Source: a virus (taxonomy: Duplodnaviria; Caudoviricetes). From it: DNA of 64,000 bases. The stretch is taken from positions 32,001 through 96,000 of IMG/VR virus record IMGVR_UViG_3300013947_000024. One strand, 5' to 3'. Of the stretch, positions 38,494 to 47,005 are shown piece by piece (the stretch's first letter is position 1; the number at the start of each line of letters is the position of its first letter). Position numbers and translations under genes: made by a program. Under the pieces are notes generated by a model, which saw only the letters and a list, made by a program, of their open reading frames with translations, searched no databases and was not told where the DNA came from.

Positions 38494-40836
38494 ATGTTTA
38501 CGGAAGAAATTTTTGAAAAACTCCGCGCTCTTAACGAAGAGGTTTTTACTACTGACAAAGAAGGTATTGAAGACCTTGACGAATTTGAGAAGAATGATGA
38601 AGAGAGCACCGAGGTTGAAGTAATCGACGCAGAGGCAGAGAATGAAGACGAACTGAAAGACTCTTATGTCGGTCAGGTCATTCTTGACTGTTGCGTTTGC
38701 CACTCTAAGATTTTTAGAGATAAGCACAAGATTACTCTTGATGAGACGAGAACTCTTGCCGATGTTGGTGAGGAGTGCCCGTATTGCTATGCCACCGATG
38801 GCTATAAGATTATCGGCGTTGTGTCTGATTTCAACCCCGAGGCAGAAGAGACCGAAGAGGAAATCGAAATCCGCAAGAAGGAAGAGATGAAAGAAGCTCT
38901 TGAAGAAAAGAAGAGAGCGCTTAAAGAATCTTCCGATAGAGTGCTTAATGCTGTCGCCGAGTATTTCAAGTATCAGGACGACGATCTGATTCGTCTTGTT
39001 GCCGATGGACTTGAATCTGTTGACTTCGCCGATGAGGACGATGTTGATAGCGCTATCGATAACATGATGATGTATAATGAAGACATTGTCAAGATCATGC
39101 TTCATTATACGAACCCCGAGCTTGACGAACAGACCGTTGATGAGTTTTCTGAAGATGTAAGAGCTATTGCAAGAGAGCTTGCAGAGAGCAAAGAAGATGA
39201 CGATGCTCTTGATGAGTCTTGGGAACAGAAGACCTTTAAGACAGATGAAGAGCGTAAAAAGTGGAAAGAAGCTAACAAAGACAAGTACCAGATCGACGAT
39301 ATTTTTGTTAATAACGGCTATGGTGTTGAGTATCGCCCGCTGAAGAAGGTTAATCTTGAGAAGTGTGGCGAAAAGAAGGGTCTTAGAGAATCCTACGAAG
39401 AAGTCGACGAGATTGAGGATATTACCACTGGCGAGCTGTTCAGAGTCTTTGGTGGCGGGTTCAATACCAGAGATGCTCTTGTGACTGTCGAAGACGCAGA
39501 GGGCAAGAGAAAGCGTATTGACATTGGCGATGTAATCAATGGCTATCGTTGGCATAAAGATGGCGAGGTCATTCATGAGCCTGTTCTTGAAGAGAGCAAG
39601 AAAGAGCTGAAAGAAGCTCCTATGTACGACCTTGTGCCTACCGATGGTAGAGCGTCTTTCTATGGAAAGGCAAAGGTTATTAAGGACGACGACAGCAAGG
39701 ACGAAAAGCTGTATTCCTATAATACTCTTGTCGCAGAGTTGAAAGATGGCAAGCCCATTGTATATGATACTTATTCCGCTACTACACTTCGCCACATCAA
39801 GGCTTGGCTGACACAGCACGGATTTAAGGCTGATAGTGCAAAGCAGATTATGCAGGATTATGGCGCGCTGAATGAAGCCAATCTGACCGTCGCACAGAGA
39901 CACAACAGAGAGCTTGATCGTGTCTTTAAGTCGAAAGAGCGTCAGGACGCGAAATTTGCGAAGTTCCTTAAGGATCACGGATACACAGACGAGCAGATCG
40001 AAAAACTTCGTGCAGACGACAAACTTTCCGATGAAATTGCTGATAAGTTTGTAAAAGAAGGCGAAAAGCCGTCAGATGTTCTTGGTTCTATCCTTAAAGA
40101 AGACCTTGGCGAAGATGTCGCGAAGTACCAGAGATGGGTTGACTACGACATGAAGAGATACGGAAGAATCTCTGACAAGACCATGGAAGAGGTCACGAAG
40201 GCTGGGCTGAGCGTCGTAAAAGACCAGTACGGCGAGTACGAGGTTATTGCCCACGCTCCCATTGAAGAGGATCTCGAAAAGGTCGAAGTAGAAACAAAAG
40301 ACGAGAAGATTGAAGTAAAGCAAGAGGGCGAAAAAGTAGTGGTTGAAGCAGAAAAGAAAGAGGAAGAGACCATTAAGCCTATGGACGATGAAGTCAAGGC
40401 GGAAATCGCTATTGACGCGGCTAAGGCGGAAGATGACGATTTTGTCGATATTGATATTGACGAGTTTGATGAAGAAACTTTTGACAAGCTTGGTGAGTCC
40501 TATCTGAAGAGAGTGTACAACAACATTGATAGCTATCACACAACGAACGCTTCCACTTCTGGAAAGACGATTACTCTTGAGGGCGTGATTAAGTTTAAGA
40601 GTGGCAACGAAAAGAAGACGGGCTTTGTCTTTGAAGCGGTGAATGTAAACCGCAAGGGCAAGATCGGCTTCCGTGGTGAGAACTGTCAGATTACGCCTAA
40701 TAGGAAGGCGTTCCTTATGAGAGGTGGCGTCGACGGTGGTAAAAAGTTTGTCGCCGAATCTCTTAACTACAACTACCGCGTAGCCACAAAGAATGGCTCG
40801 CAGAGAATGTACGGCACAGTAAGAAGTGGAAAGTGA
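38494..40836 (+). CDS. Large acidic multi-module protein, candidate internal head polyprotein
   Basis: 780 aa; CCVC..CPYC zinc site; unrelated small modules separated by LKES, LDES, LRES, LEES/LKEA, LNEA, LKED, IEED. Confidence 0.7.
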   Translation: MFTEEIFEKLRALNEEVFTTDKEGIEDLDEFEKNDEESTEVEVIDAEAENEDELKDSYVGQVILDCCVCHSKIFRDKHKITLDETRTLADVGEECPYCYATDGYKIIGVVSDFNPEAEETEEEIEIRKKEEMKEALEEKKRALKESSDRVLNAVAEYFKYQDDDLIRLVADGLESVDFADEDDVDSAIDNMMMYNEDIVKIMLHYTNPELDEQTVDEFSEDVRAIARELAESKEDDDALDESWEQKTFKTDEERKKWKEANKDKYQIDDIFVNNGYGVEYRPLKKVNLEKCGEKKGLRESYEEVDEIEDITTGELFRVFGGGFNTRDALVTVEDAEGKRKRIDIGDVINGYRWHKDGEVIHEPVLEESKKELKEAPMYDLVPTDGRASFYGKAKVIKDDDSKDEKLYSYNTLVAELKDGKPIVYDTYSATTLRHIKAWLTQHGFKADSAKQIMQDYGALNEANLTVAQRHNRELDRVFKSKERQDAKFAKFLKDHGYTDEQIEKLRADDKLSDEIADKFVKEGEKPSDVLGSILKEDLGEDVAKYQRWVDYDMKRYGRISDKTMEEVTKAGLSVVKDQYGEYEVIAHAPIEEDLEKVEVETKDEKIEVKQEGEKVVVEAEKKEEETIKPMDDEVKAEIAIDAAKAEDDDFVDIDIDEFDEETFDKLGESYLKRVYNNIDSYHTTNASTSGKTITLEGVIKFKSGNEKKTGFVFEAVNVNRKGKIGFRGENCQITPNRKAFLMRGGVDGGKKFVAESLNYNYRVATKNGSQRMYGTVRSGK

Positions 40837-40846
40837 GGTAAACAGT

Positions 40847-42643
40847 ATGGCAAGAATTTGCGAAGAACTGAAAAACCTCATGGAAGCATTTGATGTTGGC
40901 GAGGGGCATGAAGAACCCCTCGCAAGCACCGATGTTAAGACGAGACTGCGCCACGCTCTGATTGAGGCGGCTTCTGAATTTGACGATGAGTCGGCAGATG
41001 TTAAGTCTGTGGAAGCAGTTCTCCAGTCTACAATTGAGCGTGTTACTGGTATGCCTTGGTACGAAGCAACGAAGTCTAAGATTGTTTGGGATTTGCTTGA
41101 ACATCATAGTATCTCACACACTATCGACGATATTCTTGACAATCTGATTACTGTCGAAGATGAGAGTGAAAAGGTTGAGGAGAAGTTTGAAGGCAGTCTT
41201 ACGCAGAAGGAAGCGGCTGAACTTGCTCTTCGTGCCAAGAAAGAAGACCCTTCGGCATATGCCGTGCTCTATGGCGTGAGATACCCCAATGAGAGAAGAG
41301 CGCACTTCTTCGATCCTGTCTATATCGAAGACGAGAATGAAATGCGTCAGAGAGTTGGTTCCGCTACAATGGTTTATGCTCTCTATAATAAGAAAGACCC
41401 TTTTAAGGAGAGCAAAGAAGACGCAAACGCGCTCATGATGAAGATTGAAAAGCTCTATAATCGCTATCATGATTATATCGACGGCGAGTATACGGCGCAT
41501 AATGAGGTTGAGAGCGATAAGATTATCGACGAGCTTCATGATCTTCTTGTAGAGAACGGTCTGCGCGATGAAGAAATCGGCTGTATTATCGACGCCATGG
41601 ATATTGATTATCGCAAGGACTTTGTTCCCGTTGTTCTTAAATGCCTCCACTCCATGAAAGAAGATGTCGTAAAACAGGGTTCGTACTGGGTAAACAAAGG
41701 CAAGGAAGGAACACACGGCAAATTCAAGACGAAGAAAGAAGCCGAGGCTCAAACTCGAGCAATGTATGCCAGAGGGTTTCGTGAGTCATGGGTTGATAAC
41801 GCGAAAGTAATTGACAGAAAAGATCTGCCTAAACTCGGTGATAAGAAATATGATAGCGTCGTTACGGAAGTTAAAAAGATCGACGAAAAAGATGGATATG
41901 AAATCTACCGTGTATCGTATACGGAAGAGGGATCGATCGGTCTAAGCGATGATGACTTCACGATTGATACGGCGCATTGGGAGTTTGCAGTCCCGAAAAA
42001 TCGCATTGAAGAGAAGGTATCTCCAAAGGATTTTAATCCAACCATCACGGGCAAGGCATATAAAGTGTTCAGAGTGAAGAACGGCAAACTATACCCTCCC
42101 ATGGTGGCTAATGCTGGCAACGAGGCAACTCCTGTCGGGGTTTGGCTTGATGCTGAAGAGGGTGAGTTTGCGGGTTTATCAAAGACTGGTCGAATGAAGG
42201 TAAAGTCTTCCGGTGGTGGAACACTGGCTTATAGACCAGGATGGCACTTAGGTGATTTGCCTCTTGCAAAGCAGTTTTACAGAACAAACAAAGAGACTGG
42301 CGAGAAAGAATTTCCGAAAGACTTTGTTTGGGCTGAATGTGATTATGTGGCTGATATAGACTATCAAGATGAAGCTATGTCTTACGGATATACGCCGAGT
42401 GGAAAGTTTCAACATAGTCTTGCTGGACTTCCTAAACTGCCCAAGGGTGGATATTATAGGTATAGAACAAATCCAAACCCAGATACAGTACCGTGGATTA
42501 TCACTGGAGCAATGAAAGTAAACAGACTGCTCGACGACAAAGAGGTGGCTAACATTCTTGCGAGCCATGGAATCGAAGCTCCGAAGCGAGAGGGAGGAGA
42601 GAAAACTCTTGCTGACCTCGGGCTTAAACAAGTAGGAGAGTGA
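40847..42643 (+). CDS. Multi-module protein with polyvalent-protein-like C-terminal domain
   Basis: Modules separated by LMEA, FKES, MKED, FRES, IEEK; last module KAYKVF..GKLYPPMV..LAYRPGWHLG..WAEC. Confidence 0.65.
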   Translation: MARICEELKNLMEAFDVGEGHEEPLASTDVKTRLRHALIEAASEFDDESADVKSVEAVLQSTIERVTGMPWYEATKSKIVWDLLEHHSISHTIDDILDNLITVEDESEKVEEKFEGSLTQKEAAELALRAKKEDPSAYAVLYGVRYPNERRAHFFDPVYIEDENEMRQRVGSATMVYALYNKKDPFKESKEDANALMMKIEKLYNRYHDYIDGEYTAHNEVESDKIIDELHDLLVENGLRDEEIGCIIDAMDIDYRKDFVPVVLKCLHSMKEDVVKQGSYWVNKGKEGTHGKFKTKKEAEAQTRAMYARGFRESWVDNAKVIDRKDLPKLGDKKYDSVVTEVKKIDEKDGYEIYRVSYTEEGSIGLSDDDFTIDTAHWEFAVPKNRIEEKVSPKDFNPTITGKAYKVFRVKNGKLYPPMVANAGNEATPVGVWLDAEEGEFAGLSKTGRMKVKSSGGGTLAYRPGWHLGDLPLAKQFYRTNKETGEKEFPKDFVWAECDYVADIDYQDEAMSYGYTPSGKFQHSLAGLPKLPKGGYYRYRTNPNPDTVPWIITGAMKVNRLLDDKEVANILASHGIEAPKREGGEKTLADLGLKQVGE

Positions 42644-42649
42644 TGTCTT

Positions 42650-43132
42650 TTGGAAAAATACGGAAAGCTATTAGCTCCAGATGCTAAAATCCAAAGACAA
42701 TATTTCAAAGAGCTTGTTCAATTATACGGAATTCAGGTGATATATAGAGCGCCCAGAGAGGGAAAGCATTATACCACTTATGCAGAGATAGATAGTAATT
42801 ATTACGAACCTATTCTTGTGGGGTGTATTTTTGACGAGCACCCCACACAGAAAACGCTAAAGAAAATCGGGTGGACTTCGGAACTTCAAACGGAGTCCTC
42901 CCTCATTAGCGTTCCGTATGATTTGGAAAAGATTCAGGCTGGTGCTTTGTTCATGATTCCGAGCGGGCTTGATAATGGAAAGGCAAGACTTTTCAGAGTA
43001 AAGGTTTTGTCTAACATTATGATTTATCCCGCTTCTATTACATGCGAGATTGTGCCCGAATACGAGAATGTATACTCTACTGGCTTAAATGTGGTAAAGA
43101 GAGATTCGATGAATGTTTTGAATGAGGAGTGA
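42650..43132 (+). CDS. Head-tail connector/neck (T4 gp14-like)
   Basis: KELVQLYGIQVIY, LKKIGW motifs; synteny; AGGAG RBS. Confidence 0.6.
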   Translation: MEKYGKLLAPDAKIQRQYFKELVQLYGIQVIYRAPREGKHYTTYAEIDSNYYEPILVGCIFDEHPTQKTLKKIGWTSELQTESSLISVPYDLEKIQAGALFMIPSGLDNGKARLFRVKVLSNIMIYPASITCEIVPEYENVYSTGLNVVKRDSMNVLNEE

Positions 43133-43138
43133 TGGAAT

Positions 43139-44065
43139 ATGCTGTTTCGTGTATTAAAAGAAAACATCGGTTATTCCGACATCCCAGACCTTCAAGCAAG
43201 AGTCGAAATCGCAACCAAGGATTTGACGAGCGAACAAGAGCAGTATCAAGCCATTAAAGATGTACTTGACGAAGACACTACTCTTATTCCTGCTAATGTG
43301 AGTGGTTCGCAAAGAGATACGCTTACTACCATTTGGGCGGACACATTACTCTATGACGGATTTGACGGAGAGTTTACAAATCTTCTGATTTCCATGGTGG
43401 GACAGGACGAAATTCTCTCTAATTACGGCGATAAAATCATGCAATTATGGCTTTTGTATGATGAAGGACGACTAAATCTATCAGATGGAATTATTCCACC
43501 AGAAGATTTTTATAGTCACCCTGCTCTTTACAAAGATACCTCTAATGACGACTTTGAATATCTCGTCAATGCAGAGATGATTGTCAACCACAACGATAAG
43601 GTTAGACAGTACATAAAAGCAACCCCGTCGCAGGACGATGTTCGAAAAGTGTTCTTTAAGGGCTTTAGAGGCTCGCAGGGGCTTAATACAGCCGAAGAGG
43701 TATATCAGAACATAGAAGCGCTTTCCGCTAAATATGGAGAGTCTGAGAGCCTTATGAGCATATCTGATGCGGTGAGCAAAGAGTCTGGAGCTGATTTTGA
43801 TAAGATGGATGATTCATCTATTGCTTCGACGCTTAAGGAATATGTGGATAGATACATTAGGCAGATTGATAAGACTTCATTTAAGTCTCAAGGCGGATAT
43901 TCAGTAAACGCTTATCAAGATGCGATTGAAGAGTTGTCTCACAATGGTAGAGATCTAAAATCGCTAATCGACGCAAAGATTGTAAGAGAGGCTACAAGCA
44001 AAGAAATTGCTCTCGCGATTATGGATTGGCTTGAGAAGAATCGTGTGCTCGAGAGGATCAGATAA
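43139..44065 (+). CDS. Hypothetical protein, candidate internal head protein
   Basis: 308 aa, starts MLFRVLKEN; GAGGAG RBS. Confidence 0.65.
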   Translation: MLFRVLKENIGYSDIPDLQARVEIATKDLTSEQEQYQAIKDVLDEDTTLIPANVSGSQRDTLTTIWADTLLYDGFDGEFTNLLISMVGQDEILSNYGDKIMQLWLLYDEGRLNLSDGIIPPEDFYSHPALYKDTSNDDFEYLVNAEMIVNHNDKVRQYIKATPSQDDVRKVFFKGFRGSQGLNTAEEVYQNIEALSAKYGESESLMSISDAVSKESGADFDKMDDSSIASTLKEYVDRYIRQIDKTSFKSQGGYSVNAYQDAIEELSHNGRDLKSLIDAKIVREATSKEIALAIMDWLEKNRVLERIR

Positions 44066-44652
44066 TGGGTGCATTTTTATACGATGAAGCCTTAACAGCA
44101 AAGATTAAAAGATGGTCTGAAAGAACAGAGCTTAGTATTGTAGGACCTGATGAAACAGAACATCTTTTTGAAATGATAGCCGACCAAAACAACGACAAGC
44201 CAATCGCGCTTCCTCTTATCAGTATTGTCAGACCGAATGGATATACAGTAAACCAGCTTGGGAAAAGATGGTCGTCATTCAGTGGTCTTAACATAGAGTC
44301 AACCGAAGATAAATCTTATGTGTTGAACCAAATTCCAATTACAATAGAATACAGGATTGACATATACACCCGATATCAAAAAGAAGCGGATGTATATGCG
44401 AGGAATCTTGTATTTAATATTATAAACTTCCCTAAACTCACAGTTGAAGTTCCTTATGAGGGGACACATTTCAGGCATGATTCCAACATAAGATTGACTG
44501 GCGGAGTAGAAAACACATCGGATCTTTCACAACGAATCGTCGCAGGACAATTCACGAGATATAGTATTGGAATTGATATTGACGACGCTTTCTTGTGGGA
44601 TATACGAGCAAAAGACAATTTGTCTATTGTGCCTGAAGTTGAATTAAAATAA
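44065..44652 (+). CDS. Tail terminator/completion protein (T4 gp15-like)
   Basis: LPLISIVR, PITIEYRIDIYT motifs; immediately before the sheath. Confidence 0.65.
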   Translation: MGAFLYDEALTAKIKRWSERTELSIVGPDETEHLFEMIADQNNDKPIALPLISIVRPNGYTVNQLGKRWSSFSGLNIESTEDKSYVLNQIPITIEYRIDIYTRYQKEADVYARNLVFNIINFPKLTVEVPYEGTHFRHDSNIRLTGGVENTSDLSQRIVAGQFTRYSIGIDIDDAFLWDIRAKDNLSIVPEVELK

Positions 44653-44672
44653 ATGAAGGAGATTTATAAAAG

Positions 44673-46244
44673 ATGCCTAAAATCGTAATTAACGAAAAAG
44701 ACCAGACATCTCCTACCGCAGAACAACTGAGTGAAGATATTGTTTTTATCCCTGGTTTTGCAAATGTGAACGGGAATGTGTATATTAGTACGACAAGGGG
44801 AGAAACTCCAAAAGACGGCGTAGAGGGTACCGGAACAAAGGGTACTATCTATAAAGCTGGCGATACTGTTGACACCGCCAATGACGATCCGAGTATCTTC
44901 TCTAACACCGTTGATCTTAAGTCTTGGCAGTGCAAGCAGGTACCAGACGCTAAAGCCGATCCTCAGGTCACAACTTATGTATGGACTGCGCTGGACACCT
45001 ATGTGGCTCCGCACCCCGAGAATGAGATCGTTGTGTGTTACACCACCGAAGAGTTTCAGCAGAACTTTGGCACGGAGCCAGCTAAGTTCTCTGCCCCACA
45101 GGATCTTACTAATAACTGCTCTGATACGGCAAAATCGTATGCGTTTGAGAATGTTGAGGCGTTTCGCGCCAAAGATGATATTGACCTCTCTTATACAATG
45201 GCTATGGAGTGTCTGACTCTTGGTCTTCCTGTTGCGTATGTGAACATTACGAAGAGAGAAGCTGGTGCCCCGTATGTAGAGAAAAAGATTTCAGATCTTT
45301 ATGATACACTGCCGACTGTTCTTGCAGACCTTGCTGACCCTGATTATGTCTATACAAGATACATCACAAGTGGCGCATATCCTTCTTTTGAAATGCAGAC
45401 CACGAATGGCGCTCGTCTTGATAAGGCGATGATTGCTACGGCGAAAGCAAGACAGGACGCTTATGCGATTATCGACCATGGGGATAATTCCGCAAGACCT
45501 CTGTCTGGTACAAATTCTGTTATTTCGCAAGTTAGAGCTGATTTCGCACAGACAGACAAAGACGACAATAGTAACTCTTATGGCGCGATGTTTACGCCGT
45601 GGGGCACTTATAACATCACCAACCTGAATGAAAACATCGGTGGTGGTACACAGTCGATGCCCGCTTCCTTTGCGTATCTCTGTTGCCTTGGCAAAGCTCT
45701 GTCGGCTGGTAATCCTGCTTATCTTGCAATTGCTAACATTGGCAGAGGAAAGCCTCCGTTCCTGACTCATCTGAATACTACACAGAGACTTTCGAGCACG
45801 ATCGCAAACACGGCAATGCAGAGCGATACGGCTATCTCCATTAACCCTATTACGAATATCAATCCTTACGGACTTGTGATCTACGGAAACAATACGCTGA
45901 AAGATAATGCTTTTTCAAAGGGCAAACAGGCGTCTTCAGACCTTAACATCAGAAACCTTGTGAGCCGTGTTACAAAACTTCTTCGTGATGCCGCCCAACA
46001 GATTATCTTTGAGCCGAACACGGACGCTCTGTGGGTAACATTCAAGGGCAGAATTATGCCGTCTCTTGATACCATGGTAACGAATCAGGGTCTTAAGAGA
46101 TATAACATCGTTAGAGTCGATTCGAGCAATCCCAGAGAGGTTAAGGCAAAGGTTTATCTCTTCCCTGTTTATGCAGTTGAAAAGGTAACGATTGACCTTA
46201 TTCTTTCTGACGCTGGTATTACTGTAGAAGGAGGAAATGAGTAA
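44673..46244 (+). CDS. Tail sheath protein
   Basis: MPKIVINEKD start, SYGAMFTPW, INPITN, IYGNNTL, LNIRNL, FEPN...W motifs. Confidence 0.9.
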   Translation: MPKIVINEKDQTSPTAEQLSEDIVFIPGFANVNGNVYISTTRGETPKDGVEGTGTKGTIYKAGDTVDTANDDPSIFSNTVDLKSWQCKQVPDAKADPQVTTYVWTALDTYVAPHPENEIVVCYTTEEFQQNFGTEPAKFSAPQDLTNNCSDTAKSYAFENVEAFRAKDDIDLSYTMAMECLTLGLPVAYVNITKREAGAPYVEKKISDLYDTLPTVLADLADPDYVYTRYITSGAYPSFEMQTTNGARLDKAMIATAKARQDAYAIIDHGDNSARPLSGTNSVISQVRADFAQTDKDDNSNSYGAMFTPWGTYNITNLNENIGGGTQSMPASFAYLCCLGKALSAGNPAYLAIANIGRGKPPFLTHLNTTQRLSSTIANTAMQSDTAISINPITNINPYGLVIYGNNTLKDNAFSKGKQASSDLNIRNLVSRVTKLLRDAAQQIIFEPNTDALWVTFKGRIMPSLDTMVTNQGLKRYNIVRVDSSNPREVKAKVYLFPVYAVEKVTIDLILSDAGITVEGGNE

Positions 46245-46867
46245 TGATCAAAATCAAAGGCGTTAATAAAGAGAGCACTGTTTCCACTCCTTCTCTTGAA
46301 GCGCATAGCGCATATGCTCTCGCGGATAACCCCGAGCTTTGGGAACCGCAGAGACAGAACAACTTCGAGTTTGTCGTTTCTGACCTTGACAACCTTGTAA
46401 GACCTGGCGTAGACCCCGAGTCCGATAACGCGAGCTTCGGTAACGCGCAGAAACTTCTCCGTCTCTCGGTTATGAGTTCGTCTGTCCCTCACTATACGAG
46501 CAATGTTATCACTCTTAACAGAGGTAACACCTCGATGAAGGTTGCTGGCAGAATGGAATTCCCCGAAGGTCAGCTTGTTATTCGTGATGCTATCGGAGCA
46601 GACACGAAGTCCATTCTCATGGCGTGGCAGATGAAGGCTGGCGACCCGCAGACTGGCAAGGTCGGTCTTATGAGCGACTACTACAAGGACGCGTGGCTTA
46701 TCGAATATACTCCTGATTATCAGGTGGTTCGTCAGTGGAGACTTAAGGGGTGCTGGATTAGCGGTCTGACCGAAGACGCCTACAACATGGATAACGACGG
46801 TGAGAAGACAGTGACTGCTACGATTCAGTACAACATGGGCTATATCGACAATAGCGACATTCTGTAA
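46244..46867 (+). CDS. Tail tube protein (T4 gp19-like)
   Basis: EPQRQNNF, KVAGR, WRLKGCW motifs; follows the sheath. Confidence 0.85.
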   Translation: MIKIKGVNKESTVSTPSLEAHSAYALADNPELWEPQRQNNFEFVVSDLDNLVRPGVDPESDNASFGNAQKLLRLSVMSSSVPHYTSNVITLNRGNTSMKVAGRMEFPEGQLVIRDAIGADTKSILMAWQMKAGDPQTGKVGLMSDYYKDAWLIEYTPDYQVVRQWRLKGCWISGLTEDAYNMDNDGEKTVTATIQYNMGYIDNSDIL

Positions 46868-46879
46868 TGAAATGCTTGT

Positions 46880-46955
46880 ACCGTTGGCGCGACGGAAACA
46901 TAAAGCCTGTGAGGAGCAGGAATCCGAAAGGAAGCGCACAAATACAACGCACGGC
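46880..46955 (+). ncRNA. Stand-alone minimal TnpB omegaRNA-like RNA with putative guide
   Basis: CCGTT-GGCGC-GACGG, AAACATAAA linker, GCCTG..CAGG stem, AA-TCC-GAAA-GGA, AGCGCAC; same element order as the two IS605 omegaRNAs in this window. Confidence 0.6.
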
Positions 46956-46987
46956 GGAGCGGACATGGTTCTGCTTCGCCGTTTTCT
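46951..46987 (+). terminator. Intrinsic terminator after the tube gene/omegaRNA-like element
   Basis: Stem ACGGCGGAGCGGA / TCTGCTTCGCCGT followed by TTTCT. Confidence 0.7.
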
Positions 46988-47005
46988 GTTAGAGAGGGGA
47001 AGATA

